63,149 nucleotides of DNA, filler included, from Octopus bimaculoides (GCF_001194135.2; 6 parts of 6 records of this genome joined end to end with filler, not necessarily neighbours in it); one strand, 5' to 3'. Shown: positions 49,100 to 62,357, counted from the whole stretch's first letter. The notes: generated from the letters alone by a model not told the origin. A program made the numbers and translations.

Positions 49100-49811
49100 C
49101 TGGCGTTTCTGTCTCCCTCTCTCCCTCCCTTCTACTTTCTCTTCTTTATCTTCTTATTTTGTCCTTCTCTCTCTCTCTCTCTCACTCTACCTTTTCTTCT
49201 TTCTGTCCTTGTTCTTCATTTAACAATATATTTCTTTTTCTCTTGTTATTGCTATTTTTGTCTCTCTCGTCTGCTTTTCTTCAAATTCCGTTTTTACTTA
49301 AATATTTATTTATCTTATGATTCCTTCTCATTCTTTCTCCTTTTCACCCTCTACATTCCATCTCTCTTTTTCGTTTACCCTCTCATTCTCTCGGTTTTAA
49401 TTTTTTCCCTTTACTTTCTCTTAATCTTTCTTTTTATCCTCCCCCCTCTCTTTCTCTCTCCCTTTCATTCTCTCTCTCTTCCTCTCCTATCTCTTCTAAG
49501 TCTCACACTTCTCACTGTTTCTATCTCTCTCTTATTGACTCTCACATTTACTCTTGCTCACACCGACCCAGTATTTCTTTCTCTCTCTCATACACTCTTT
49601 CTCCCTCCCTTTCTCTCACTCATACACTTACTCTCCCACTTGCTCGTTGTCTCTTAGTCTCTCACTCTCTCTTTCACTTTCTCAGCCTCTCTCATTACCG
49701 TCTCTTTATTAAAAACTCTCTGTCACTCTTTGTCACGCGCTCTCATACACACGTATTCTCTCTCTCCCTCCCTCCTTCCATACTCTCTCTCTCTCTCTCC
49801 CTCCCTCCTTC

Positions 49812-49845
<34 letters not shown>
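49100..49845. repeat. Long CT-rich low-complexity tract ending in (CT)n
   Basis: Directly visible; explains the F/L/S-rich 221-aa ORF. Confidence 0.9.
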
Positions 49846-51498
49846 NNNNNNNNNNNNNNNNNNNNNNNNNNNNNNNNNNNNNNNNNNNNNNNNNNNNNNN
49901 NNNNNNNNNNNNNNNNNNNNNNNNNNNNNNNNNNNNNNNNNNNNNNNNNNNNNNNNNNNNNNNNNNNNNNNNNNNNNNNNNNNNNNNNNNNNNNNNNNNN
50001 NNNNNNNNNNNNNNNNNNNNNNNNNNNNNNNNNNNNNNNNNNNNNNNNNNNNNNNNNNNNNNNNNNNNNNNNNNNNNNNNNNNNNNNNNNNNNNNNNNNN
50101 NNNNNNNNNNNNNNNNNNNNNNNNNNNNNNNNNNNNNNNNNNNNNNNNNNNNNNNNNNNNNNNNNNNNNNNNNNNNNNNNNNNNNNNNNNNNTCTTTTCT
50201 TTTTCTTCTTCACCACCACCATCACCAGCATCATCCTCACCGTCGTCATTGACATCGTTATAATCGTCATCGTCATCGTCGTCGTCACTATCACAAAACC
50301 ACCTGGCTTTACACAGTTTAAAGCGAAGGGAACAGAAAGTCAAAAGGAGAAGAAGAAGAAGAAGAAGAAGAAGAAGAAGAAGAAGAAGAAGGAAGCAGAG
50401 AAAGAAAAGGAAGCGAGAAAGAGTGGGAAGAGATTAAAAGCTAACTCATCTTACAAACAATTCACTTACTTCCTCCAGCTAGTATTACGTAATTAGTTGC
50501 AGTGGTGTAACAGAAACACTGTACCACAATAAGAATGCATTTTACCGCGGTACCATACAGAATTAGATACCACAAAACATCATTAATACCACAGGGCAAT
50601 CGCTTTAACTAGGGATTATATAGATACTGTAAGATACTACACTCAGTTGCCTCACGTATACCACAAGGCATTCATTGGTATCCATTTTAGCTTGATACTT
50701 TATATATGCTGCAAGATAATTATTTTTACTTCAGTATACAGAATATTATATTGGTAACTAGCTTAGCAGCACTTCGTACGGACTTTTAAACTAGCTCCTG
50801 CGGAGGGCGAATTGAGCCTGCGGGCCAAAACTAAAGTGTACAATAATAATAAAGAATTTATTGGTACCCTACTAATATGGTATTACTTTAAATTGACTTT
50901 AAATGAAAAACTTGTAAGTTCACAAATTTTGGGAGTTCTTTTTAAATTTGAATTTTCTATTGTTAGCGTATAGCAAATCCTCATCCAGACCTGATCCCAA
51001 TGCTGGATGTTCAAGAACTAACTGAAGGGCAGATTTTCAATCCCGGGATCATCCTGATTCCAAAGAGGTATAATATGTCTTTGTAGTGCAAAGGTAGACT
51101 AAGATACAGGGAGCTCGGACGGACGGACGGACAGACAGAATCTCGCGTTTATTATTTTAAATAATAAAGCTTGTCTAAAGAAATGAAGGAATAGTCCCTA
51201 AGATAATTTGTTTACAAATACAGGAAAGTCTTCAAATTTTTCAATGACATGAAATGGAATAAATAAAATAAAGTAAAATATTTACGCTACTACATTAAGG
51301 ATTGTTTTTATCGATGTGCCTAAGCTCAAGCATTTTCAGTCGCTAAGCAGAAAATTCTTAACTGTAATAACGCAAATATTTTACTTCGTATCATTTCCAT
51401 TTCATTTCCTTGGAAAATCTGAAGACTTCCTGTACCTTTATATAAATATTTCTTCTGATTAACTTAATTACTTTTACCAATACACACACACACATCAT

Positions 51499-51748
51499 AT
51501 TGGCACTCTATCGGTTACGACGACGAGGGTTCCCGTTGATCCGATCAACGGAACAACCTGCTCGCGAAATTAACGTGCAAGTGGCTGAGCACTTCACAGA
51601 CACGCGTACCTTAACGTAGTTCTCAGAGAGACTCAGCGTGACACAGAATGTGATGAGGCTGGCCCTTTGAATCACTGGTACAACTCACTTTTGCGAGCTG
51701 AGTGGACTTAAGCAACGTGAAATAAAGATCGTCTCCTAACCACTAAGA
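51499..51748 (-). mobile_element. SINE family C with internal deletion near the head
   Basis: Matches the 8798-9200 body. It has the uninterrupted ACAACTCACTTTTGCGAGCTGAGTGG, the empty site of the 89-bp MITE. Confidence 0.88.
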
Positions 51749-51799
51749 TAGTAAAGAGCCGAAGCAAATAACAATTCATCACCTTCAGATTTTGGGAGC

Positions 51800-51989
51800 A
51801 AAACCAGTAATGTTGAAGGGGTGGAAAGGATTAGTTGATTTCATTGACTCCAGTATTTGATAGTCATTTTATTCATACGACCCCGGGTGGTGATAAAGAC
51901 AAAGTCGACCACGGCGGAATTAGAACTCACAATGGAAGAAATACCTCCAGGCATTTCGTCCAACGCTCTAACGGTTCTGCCAGCTTGCC
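51800..51989 (-). mobile_element. SINE family D
   Basis: GACAAAGTCGACCACGGCGGAATTAGAACTC..CTAACGGTTCTGCCAGCTTGCC. Confidence 0.8.
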
Positions 51990-52039
51990 AACCTCTGATT
52001 ACCATTAATGATCATTTCTTTATTTTGGCACATGACCAG

Positions 52040-52227
52040 TAAATTTGCTCGCCAGTGGTATTTCATTTGTCTTTATATTATGAGTTCAAATTCCGCCGAG
52101 GTTGACTAAGCCTTTCCTCCTTTCGGGGTCGATAAGATAAATACCAGTTAAGCACTATGGTCGACGTAACCGACTTAATCTCTCCCCTGCTCCCAAATTG
52201 CTGCCCTTGTGCCAACAATTTGAAATC
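52040..52227 (+). mobile_element. SINE family D
   Basis: GAGTTCAAATTCCGCCGAGGTTGAC..CCTTTCGGGGTCGATAAG..CCCTTGTGCC. Confidence 0.85.
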
Positions 52228-52249
52228 AACAATCTTTTCTACAAATAGA

Positions 52250-52420
52250 TACAAAGCCTGAAATTGGATGGGGGGGAGAAGCAAGTCGATTACATCAAAC
52301 CCCACTACTTGTCTAGGACCCCCGAAAGGATGAAAAGCAAAGTCGACCTCAGAATTTGAAATCAGAGCGTAAAGACGGACGAAATGCTGTTAAGCAGTTT
52401 GTTCGGCATGCAGACAGGTC
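52250..52420 (-). mobile_element. SINE family D
   Basis: CCCCGAAAGGATGAAAAGCAAAGTCGACCTC..GAATTTGAA. Confidence 0.8.
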
Positions 52421-53016
52421 TGTCAATGTTCTGGTGAAATCCTAACACCCCTGTGGGGCAGCAAGTCAACAATTCTAAACCGTATAAAGGCGCATGCACC
52501 CTGTCAGTGAGGGACAGTGTTGTGTATGCAGGTGCTTTGTGAAGACAGTCGTAGAAGTCGCTGAGAAGAAATATTGTTTGTTCCGTGTTGTTTCTGATTT
52601 ATGTTTGTATTGTTATAATCTTGTGAGGATCGTCCCATCTGAGATGTTTTTGATAACACACGTCTGATAGCTTAGAACTGATTAAAAGTAAAACAACAGC
52701 AGCATCTACTAAACTTATTCACGGATTAATTATTCAATTATTACCCAGGATCACCTGTCTCGAGTTTAAATCAATGGGGAGAGAAGTGGCTTACAAAGTG
52801 TTTAACAGAAGACTGGAGCGAGGCCTGGAGTGGAGGCTGGAATTAATCTATTTAAGCTGGTCCTCGTGTAGTGATTCATAGTTGTTAAACTACATCTGTC
52901 GGTTGTTTGTGACAGTTTGACACCTCCCACTCGCAAAGTCTTCATTTTCTGGAGTAAAAACAATTTTTTTCTATAACTCGTCGAGGCCCTACCTGCAGCT
53001 AAAGAGATATTGATAT

Positions 53017-53423
53017 AGGCGTAGGAGTGGCTGTGTGGTAAGTAGCTTGCTTATGAATCACATGGTTCCGGGTTCAGTCCCACTGCGTGGCACCTTGGGC
53101 AAGTGTCTTCTATTATAGCCTCGGGCCGACCAAAGCCTTGTGAGTGGATTTGGTAGACGGAAACTGAAAGAAGCTCGTCGAATATATATATGTGTATGTA
53201 TATATATGTGTTTTGTGTGTCTGCGTTTGTACCCCCAACATCGCTTGACAACCGATGGTGGTGTGTTTACGTCCCCGTAACTTAGCGGTTCGGCAAAAAG
53301 AGACCAATAGAATAAGTACTAGGCTTCCAAAGAATAAGTCCTGGGGTCGATTTGCTCGACTAAAGGCGGTGCTCCAGCATGGCTGCAGTCAAATGACTGA
53401 AACAATTAAGAGAGCTAAAAGAG
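53017..53423 (+). mobile_element. SINE family A, full length, well preserved
   Basis: Complete head, core, short microsatellite and tail; highly similar to 41066-41545. Confidence 0.95.
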
Positions 53424-54238
53424 GTACAAGCGATTCCAAATATCAATCTTTGCGTATCTCATGGTGGTGGTCATAGCCGCCGCCACGACGACGACGACGA
53501 TGACGATGACGGTGGCGACAGGAAAGATTAACAAAAGAGACATGTCTGTAGTCTAGAGAGTGGAGAGTACTTCAGAGCTACTTATCAATCACTTTTCTCT
53601 GAGTTGTGTCTAGGATATGTCTTTCAGCAGCTCCGCCACAGACGCAGGAGAGATACTTTATTTTAAGTCACGCCTAAAGTTTTATGGAGGATTAACAATT
53701 AATAATTGTTGAGAATTAAGTATTTTCTGGTTCTGAAGAGGGCTAGTCTTTGAGATGCAGCCTTTTCTATCTTAAGAAATTGCGGGTTTTTCCAAGAGGG
53801 ATACTCAATGAAAGTGGGACATGACATTCGGAATATCCGTTTAGGCTCTAGTTGCATATTTTTCATGGCTAAGGAGATGAGGGACAATAATATTTTCTTG
53901 GTATATGCAATGATTGCATTTTTCTTTTATCTTTTTTTTTTTTGGTTCACGAACTAAACCAGATTGACCTGATACATTGGAGGGTGCTTTATATCAATCG
54001 TAGGCAACCAGTGGCCCGGGGGACTTTCTAGATAGAACTCCTAACGAAAAATTACCTTGAATTTATTTAGTAGTACGGCTCGCTTGATGATGGCCCATGT
54101 CTCATGTGACCCGCTTCTAGAGAAAGGTTGATCATGCTTATTTTACATAAACAGAGAGAGAGATAGGTAGATAGACAGGCAGACAGACAGACAGACAGAC
54201 AGACAGACATGCAGGCAGACAGACAGATGGAGAGACAG

Positions 54239-54450
54239 GCGGAGAGCTGGCAGAAACGTTAGCGGTAATTCGCCTGCTGTTACGTTCTGAGTTCAAATTC
54301 CGCCGAGGTCGACTTTGCTTTTCATCCTTTCGGGGTCGATTAAATAAGTACCAGTTACGCACTGGGGTCGATATAATCGACTTAATCCGTTTGTCTCACT
54401 TTGTTTGTCCCCTCTATGTTTAGCCTCTTGTGGGCAGTAAAGAAATAAGA
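54239..54450 (+). mobile_element. SINE family D
   Basis: GGCGGAGAGCTGGCAGAAACGTTAG..GAGTTCAAATTCCGCCGAGGTCGACTTTGCTTTTCATCCTTTCGGGGTCGATTAAATAAGTACCAG. Confidence 0.92.
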
Positions 54451-55016
54451 TAGATGAAGAGACAGATGGACTGGCGAATGGACAGACAGATGGACAATGA
54501 GATAGAGAGGAGACAGACAGACAGACAGACACATAAATAAATAGATAGATAGATAAATAGATAGATAGATAGATAGATAGAATATCTAATCTCAAGAGAG
54601 TCTAATTTACGTTCATTTAATTTCTAAAGCCATCTGAATTGGGGTACAACAAGCAACAATTAATTTAGTGACCTTAGAGTATTGCCGCCACAGCTTGGAG
54701 AGTTTGTACACTTGTTAAATAAATCAGTAGTGTGAATATTGCCTCAATGGTAGTATAGGTGCATAGCAAAGCAAACCAGGAGTTTTAAGATAAACCTAGA
54801 ATATAATGGTAGATGAGGTGTGGAGAAAGAGAGGCGGGGACGAGAGAGAGAGGTGGGGAAGAAAGAGTAAGATCGAGGGAAGGAAAGAAGGAGGTAAGGA
54901 AAATTAATGAGTTGGGTAAAACAACTTGACAAGTGTACCAGATTAAATTAATGGCGCTATTCTGATTCGGTTTCGTTGGGTATTTTAATGCCAGGATGCT
55001 TAAGACCAATGTGTGC

Positions 55017-55052
<36 letters not shown>

Positions 55053-55798
55053 ATATTTATATATATATATATATATGCACACACACATAGACACATGTAG
55101 ATAGATATGCTTGTACGAGTCTTGTGTATACATGCACGCGCGCGCGCGCACATGAAATACAGGAAGTACTTGTGTAATCAACTTTAAGCAAAGTGTTACG
55201 GAGCAGAAACTGGAATAAAATAAAAATACTCGCACGCGCACATCCAAACACTCACACACACACACACGTGCGTGCACACTTACACAAATACATTCATACA
55301 CACATACACTCACACATACACTCACACATACACTCACACATACACACTNNNNNNNNNNNNNNNNNNNNNNNNNNNNNNNNNNNNNNNNNNNNNNNNNNNN
55401 NNNNNNNNNNNNNNNNNNNNNNNNNNNNNNNNNNNNNNNNNNNNNNNNNNNNNNNNNNNNNNNNNNNNNNNNNNNNNNNNNNNNNNNNNNNNNNNNNNNN
55501 NNNNNNNNNNNNNNNNNNNNNNNNNNNNNNNNNNNNNNNNNNNNNNNNNNNNNNNNNNNNNNNNNNNNNNNNNNNNNNNNNNNNNNNNNNNNNNNNNNNN
55601 NNNNNNNNNNNNNNNNNNNNNNNNNNNNNNNNNNNNNNNNNNNNNNNNNNNNNNNNNNNNNNNNNNNNNNNNNNNNNNNNNNNNNNNNNNNNNNNNNNNN
55701 NNNNNNNNNNNNNNNNNNNNNNNNNNNNNNNNNNNNNNNNNNNNNNNNNTTCCCTTTATCAGAATTTTCCTCATGTAAAATCTTATGCACACACACAA

Positions 55799-55857
<59 letters not shown>

Positions 55858-56014
55858 TAAACTTCAACTCCAGCGGCACAATTTATGCGCGCGTAGACAG
55901 TGTACGTTTATGCCCATATGTTTGTATTCGTGTCTTGCTTTCTTATTCTTGTATACATTCGTTTGCCTCTCCCAGAAATTTAATGCTTTTAGCTTAATAC
56001 TCTGACGCTTGCAG

Positions 56015-56097
56015 ATTCGGGTGGTCTCAAGGGTAAAAAGCGCGAAGCAGCTATGACTTTCTGGACACTGACTGACGAGGACATCGGCTGCGAATGA
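56015..56097 (+). CDS. Candidate terminal exon (x)SGGLKGKKREAAMTFWTLTDEDIGCE*
   Basis: Acceptor CTCTGACGCTTGCAG at 56000-56014 and a locally GC-richer, protein-like sequence. Product not recognised. Confidence 0.25.
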
Positions 56098-56213
56098 CCT
56101 ATGTATCTTGTTATTGTCCAGTTTCCTGTTTATTATGTTGTCGTCTATTTTTCCATATGTTGCTTTTTGCTGGATTTCCGCTTGTAGTGTTCTTTTTGTC
56201 CTACCCTTGATAT

Positions 56214-56251
<38 letters not shown>

Positions 56252-56657
56252 TCAACTCCTTGCTTAATGCAAGCCCGGATTACTCTTAGCTCTTACACTG
56301 TTTCAGTATTGCGTGTCAAAAGTGAAACATTAACATACCTATTATAATGTGATATAATACTTTTACTATTATATGGTTTCAATTTCAATTACTTTCACTA
56401 TGTATTTATATACATGTTTGTGTGTGTGTGTGTGTGTGTATATNNNNNNNNNNNNNNNNNNNNNNNNNNNNNNNNNNNNNNNNNNNNTTAATTAATTAAN
56501 NNNNNNNNNNNNNNNNNNNNNNNNNNNNNNNNNNNNNNNNNNNAAAATATAAAAATGTTATTAAATTGCATTTTTATATTTATCTTTTAGGTTAATAAAT
56601 ATGATATAATCTTAATGTTTTTATGAAAATAGAAAGTGGAATGATATTTGGGACGTT

Positions 56658-56875
56658 AAGGCGGCGAGCTGGCTGAAACGTTAGCAGGCCGGGCGAAATA
56701 TTTCGTCTGTATTTCTGGTCTGAGTTCAAATTCTGCCGAGGTGGACTTTGACTTTCATCCTTTCGGGATCGATGAATTTAGTACCGGTTGCCTACTGGGG
56801 TCGATCTAATCGTCTGGCGTTCTCCCCCCACCCAAAAAAAAAAATTTCGGGCCTTGTGCCTAGAGTAGAAAGAAT
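56658..56875 (+). mobile_element. SINE family D, full length
   Basis: AAGGCGGCGAGCTGGCTGAAACGTTAGC head through CCTTGTGCCTAGAGTAGAAAG. Confidence 0.9.
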
Positions 56876-57345
56876 ATGTCAGACGTTATTCTTTTATCAG
56901 AGGAAGTAGAAATACAAAGAAGGTGTGACAAAGAGGAGTAGTCAGAGGCAGAGAGAGAGACATTGTGGAGGAAGGGCTGGAAACTAGGTAGGAATGCTAT
57001 CTTGTTGGTTGTGTTAAGAGTGAATGGTGTTTGTGTGTATAATATGCCAAGATGGAATATAGTAAAATATTATTAAATAGCAAATTTTATATTTTTCTTT
57101 TAGATTTTCTCCCATCACAGAACATATGGTTTTCTTCTTTCTCTATACCTTCATATACTACCACTCACACATGTCGCTACCTGCACATTTCTCTTGCTTT
57201 TCAATTTCTTTAACCAAAAGACTACATCTTTAGAGGTTTGCTAAGTTGCTACCAAATTTCCCCAAAAGTTCAACTTCGTGTCTTATAAACTGATGGGTCG
57301 GGATGTCATGCTGTGTCTGAACAGAGGACAGAATATAGTTTAAAG

Positions 57346-57605
57346 CAGTGGTTTCCAAACGTTTTCGAGTTGACGCCTTGACCACACTCCTAGCGCACCC
57401 CACCCCAACTAACCATCTCAAACATAGACCTCTTTCTGAAGAAAATTCCAAAGCAACTGTATTTCACAAATAAAACTGAACCTAAAGAACCCATTATTGA
57501 TTTTTTTTTTACATGAATCGCCACCCCATTATCGTTCCACTTTTTACATAAATTGCTGCCCCATTATCGCCGGGGGAGCAATATTGCCCACTTTGGGAAC
57601 CACTG
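57346..57605 (-). mobile_element. hAT MITE, same family as 1103-1413
   Basis: TIR CAGTGGTTTCCAAA / TTTGGGAACCACTG; TSD GTTTAAAG at 57338-57345 and 57606-57613; internal sequence aligns to the 1103 copy. Confidence 0.92.
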
Positions 57606-58379
57606 GTTTAAAGGGACGTAAAATATCTATTACAGTGAGTTCGAGTTCAAATCTCTTCGAAACCACTTTACCATTGCTTTCCACAGGTTCGATAAATATA
57701 CTTCCTGTCCAGAACGGAGTTCATTTTTATTCTTTCTCTTTCTCCCATTCCCTTTCATGTCTCTGCACCTCCATAACTTCTTTTGCTTCTCATTTACATT
57801 ATTCCTGTTTATGTATGTAAACAATTGTGTTCACACCAGAAAAGAAATGCGCTTCATGTGCTTTAGACTCCACCGCAGACACACAATATGCCACGACAAC
57901 GCCGCTGTGAGTCTAGCGGTTAATAAAGACAAGTGAAACGAACGAAGAATGCGTAAAAACATGTCTGGAGAGTTGTGACTGGAAACGATTGAGATTATCG
58001 ATCTAGTAAGTCATGATTGAACTATTGCTAAACAACTTTCATTTATTATAAAATCTATTGTGCGATTATTAAAACAAAGTTTTAATATATTTATTTATAA
58101 ACATAAAATTAAATTAAAATAGATTTAAAACATTTTAAAAATGTAAACGTGAATTGAACTGAAAGTCTGAGAAGATAAGAAATAATTAAAAACAAAATTC
58201 TGATTTGATTATATTTAGAATATTTTGGCAACATTTTACCTGTGTTTATCTTCTTGGTCTTAATTAGTGTTTTCTGTTTTAATTAGATAATTATACATGA
58301 TACACCTGTTTTGTAATTAGAATTAAACTAAAATTTAAAAGTTTATAATTTCTACAAAGTTTTTGAGTCTATACATGTG

Positions 58380-58597
58380 AGCTTGATCATGATCATGGTT
58401 ATGGTCATGATGGTGATCAGGATCCTGATCACCATCCTCCTCCTCATCCCCCTCCTCATCCCCCTCCTCATCCCCCTCCTCATCCCCCTCCTCATCCCCC
58501 TCCTCCTCCTTCTCATCATCATCATCATCATCAACATAATCATCATCATCCCCTTCATCATCAACATAATTATCATCATCTTCATCATCAACAACAT

Positions 58598-58629
<32 letters not shown>

Positions 58630-58669
58630 ACGTAATTATCATCATCAGTAACATCATCATCATCATCAA

Positions 58670-58701
<32 letters not shown>

Positions 58702-58722
58702 ACAACGTCATCATCATCATCT
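58380..58722. repeat. Compound (ATC)n tract with 12-bp CATCCCCCTCCT units
   Basis: Directly visible; explains the poly-M/I and MRRG-repeat ORFs. Confidence 0.92.
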
Positions 58723-58974
58723 CAGTTTCTCACTTTAACAAGGCAGCACAGACAGTATTCTTCAGTCTAGAAATTATAGCGAAAGAGTTTGTTTGGTTGA
58801 GGAACCTGAAATGATTAAGGGCAGACACTTTCAGCTTCATTCAATGCTTCATTGACTTTTTTTTTAAGTCCCACTTGGTAAAGAAATTAAGGGTCGAGAA
58901 GGAAAAATGCACTTGTCATTCTATTTCAATCTCCTTCAGCTATTTGTCTCAGCGCTAAGTTACTGTAGCCGAAA

Positions 58975-59025
<51 letters not shown>

Positions 59026-59057
59026 GATTATTATTATTATTATTATTATTACAAAAG

Positions 59058-59200
59058 CTGTGGTCTAGTCTGACAGACTCGTTAGCACAGCGGACAAAAT
59101 GCTTAGCAATTTTTCATCCGTCTTTACGTTCTGAATGCAAATTCCGCCGAGGTCCATTTTACTTTTTTTTTCCTCCGTTTTGGAGTCGGTATAAACAACT
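59058..59200 (+). mobile_element. SINE family D, degenerate
   Basis: CGTTAGCACAGCGGACAAAATGCTTAGC..TTACGTTCTGAATGCAAATTCCGCCGAGGTC. Confidence 0.75.
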
Positions 59201-59927
59201 TATGCTTCCACCCGAAATTACTGGTCTTCTGCCAACATTTGAAGCCATTGTTATGATTTTTAAATATTATTACTATCATAAAAATAATTATCATTATCAT
59301 TATTGTTTTTGCTGTTCTTGTAGTTGTTGTTAATAACAATTATTTTGTTCTGAAGCATTAATAGATTTCTTCAAAATTATTTTATCTAATTTTCCCATTG
59401 TTTAAATGTTCGGCTTCGAAACATCAATGGAATTTTTGCGATATCTAATACGGCCTTATCAAAACTGAGAAGAATGGATTCCAGCCAAACACCTTTGTTT
59501 ATCATTTGCTTTCAAATATTGATTTATGATTCACGGAGGCTTCTTCGGTATCTCCTGACATTTGACCAAACATTTAAAAGCTATCATCGCTTTACACTGA
59601 TCAGATAAAAGAAATATTTGTTAAAACAAATTCAGAGATTGAAAAAGATATGGTTTATTTTCTGATTCACAATCTTATGGCAACACCCTATCAATTTTTA
59701 CTTCTCGGGTTATTTGTAATATTTGCACAGGCATAGTTGTGTGGTTAATCATTTTGTATCAGAGTCACGTGTTTCTGCGTTGGATTTGCAACTTTGCGCC
59801 TTAAGGAAGTAACTTCTACCGTGGTTCCTGCAGAACAGTTGCACACAGGAATTGCACGATGGCGGTTGTACACACAGATGCGTACGCACGGATATACATG
59901 CGCAATCATACGCACGGAAAATACAAG

Positions 59928-59984
<57 letters not shown>

Positions 59985-60429
59985 NNNNNNNNNNNNNNNN
60001 NNNNNNNNNNNNNNNNNNNNNNNNNNNNTTAATTAATTAANNNNNNNNNNNNNNNNNNNNNNNNNNNNNNNNNNNNNNNNNNNNAGTATATGCATACATA
60101 CGTACAGGTATGTGCATACCGACATCTACCTGTATGTATAGGTGCATATCTGGGTACAGGACATTGCAAACAAAACGTAGACGAGAAAACATTCTTCTTC
60201 ATCAGCTACCCCCGTTTTAACACCGGCGTTCCGAAGAGCTGGGCAGGACGCATCGCTAAAACGGCTCTTCCCATGGACCGCAAATTAAATTTGTATACAC
60301 AAATTAAACCTTGCCATGGAGGAATGTAGTGGCGGATAAAAAACAAGACAGGAAAACAAACAGAAAAAGCTATACGGCCAGACGGGAAAAAATATGTGTA
60401 TGAACGCTGTGAGGCACGAATATATATAC

Positions 60430-60700
60430 TGTGATGCTGCTTTGCCTAGTGGACACGGTGTTGTACTCACAAATGTGAGACCATGGTTTCAATTCCTAGA
60501 TCGGGTGGTGCGTTGTGTTCTGGAGTAAACCTCTTCATCACGTGCTGCTCTGTGATCACTTTGGCAATTGACGTGTAGCACTCCGTGATGGACGGAGTTA
60601 ACTAATGGGCAACACATAGAATTGATCTCTATAATAAAACTGTTTGTGACAGGTGGTTCAGCAAGAAACTGCAGAACCATCTCCCTTGGAATTCAAACGA
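60430..60700 (+). mobile_element. tRNA-derived SINE related to the family C head
   Basis: GCCTAGTGG..GGTTTCAATTCC..GCGTTGTGTTC..CTTCATCACGTGCTGCTC. Confidence 0.55.
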
Positions 60701-60790
60701 CTACAATAATATATATACATGCATACGTACGTGTGTGTGTGTATGTGAGAGTGCGTGTGCGCGCGCACGCGTGTTTGTGGTTTCTGATAT

Positions 60791-60931
60791 TAACTGATTG
60801 TAACTATTATCATGCACATGTTCTGTCTTGGTGTAAATGATGGGCCTCAGCAAATATTCTGCTCAATACCAGAGATTTGCCTGTCAGTTGTTTGACCATA
60901 ACCAGTTGAGCATGTCCCTTGGTGACTGATA
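60791..60931 (+). mobile_element. Family E fragment, inverted relative to the 37.4-38.5 kb copies
   Basis: CAGCAAATATTCTGCTCAATACCA..CAGTTGTTTGA..CCAGTTGAGCATGTCCCTTGGTG. Confidence 0.8.
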
Positions 60932-61239
60932 CACAGACACACATACACACACACACACACACATACACACACACACACACGCACCCACACACACACACAT
61001 ATATATATACATATATATATATACATATATATATATACATATATATATACATATGCATTTCATATGCCACGTTGATGTCACGTTTTCCATGTCGTATTTG
61101 ACAATCCCTATTTGTGTTTTATGATTCATTCTGAGGTCTCTGGTCATTACGATAGTCATCCATCTGTGACGGAAAACAGAGGCTGAATACATTGGCGGAC
61201 ATTGTTTACTCCCATAATCCTTTCTATTCTCGGTACAAT

Positions 61240-61420
61240 GACCGAAATTTTTATGGAGGGAGCGGGCAGTCGATTAGATCGACCCCAGTACGCAACTGGT
61301 TCTTAATTGACCGGCCTCGAAAAGATGAAAGGCAACGTCCACCTCGGTGGAAATTGAACCCAGAAAGTAGCGACGGGCGAAATACCGCTAAGCATTTTGC
61401 CCAGCACACAAATGATTCTT
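61240..61420 (-). mobile_element. SINE family D
   Basis: GTCGATTAGATCGACCCCAGTACGCAACTGG..GAAAAGATGAAAGGC..ATACCGCTAAGCATTT. Confidence 0.82.
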
Positions 61421-61853
61421 TTCTACTCTAGATAGATAGATAGATACATAGGTGGCTAGATAGGTACAAATAATGAGATAGAAATAGAGGGAGACAGAAA
61501 GAGAGAGAGATAGAGGGAGGGAGATATAGAAGGAGAAAGATGGAGAGAGAGATAGAAGGAGAGAGAGAAAGAAAGAAATCAATCGATAGATGTATATATT
61601 GTTTGTTTAATAAATCTTAGAGGAAAACAAATTGTAGACTGTTAAGAAAAAAGAACATCGCAAAATATTTTCCATAGCAAAAAGCAATGAAGTTTCCCCG
61701 ATTAATTTGATACTAGTTTGACTGGTAGAAAATAAATAGTAAGTTGGACTAGATTAATATGACTGTTGATACAAGCAATACATGGATAGCTGAACAAATA
61801 TTGCCAATATATATATACCGATACAGCATACACACATACCTAAAAGTATACAC

Positions 61854-61889
<36 letters not shown>

Positions 61890-62357
61890 AAAAAAGACGC
61901 ATTGGTGTGCGTGTGTATGTATATGTATGTATGTGTGTGTATATNNNNNNNNNNNNNNNNNNNNNNNNNNNNNNNNNNNNNNNNNNNNNNNNNNNNNNNN
62001 NNNNNNNNNNNNNNNNNATATATATATATATATATAGCTGTGTGTGTGTGTATGCATGTATGTATGTACGTGTGCAGTATATCTATTCATATACATAACT
62101 ATGTGTGTGTGTGTGTCAGCGTATACGTAGCTGTACAATTAAGGGTTTCATATGATAGCATATATTACAATTTATTTATAGGCATCTATGTGTATATAAG
62201 TAATGGCTAAGTGTATGTCGACTGTACATAAACATATCTTAATCTAAAGGTGCCTCCTATCAGTTTCGATCCAATGTATGTATCAAACTGGTTTTATTAC
62301 CAATAGCTACATTAATACCCACCTACACACGTGCCTCTATATAAATATATTTCGGCA

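Noticed and set aside
48992-49657. 221-aa hydrophobic ORF resembling a multi-pass membrane protein
   Set aside because: It is a translation of CT-rich low-complexity DNA (F/L/S only), with no splice or codon support.
52430-52990. Possible 5' end of a retroelement with a TATA-like GTATAAAGG
   Set aside because: No ORF motif, terminal repeat or second copy in the window to support a call.
55864-56223. 119-aa minus-strand ORF
   Set aside because: It starts inside a (TA)n tract, and has no domain similarity or splice signals.
57920-58012. Cys-containing frame RLIKTSETNEECVKTCLESCDWKRLRLSI before CTA|GTAAGT
   Set aside because: Poor acceptor, short length and no recognisable domain.
60170-60270. 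CTGATGA on the minus strand with nearby GTC and a GAAGAGC/GCTCTTC inverted repeat, as a hammerhead
   Set aside because: The obligatory GAAA and stem III are missing between stem II and the cleavage triplet.
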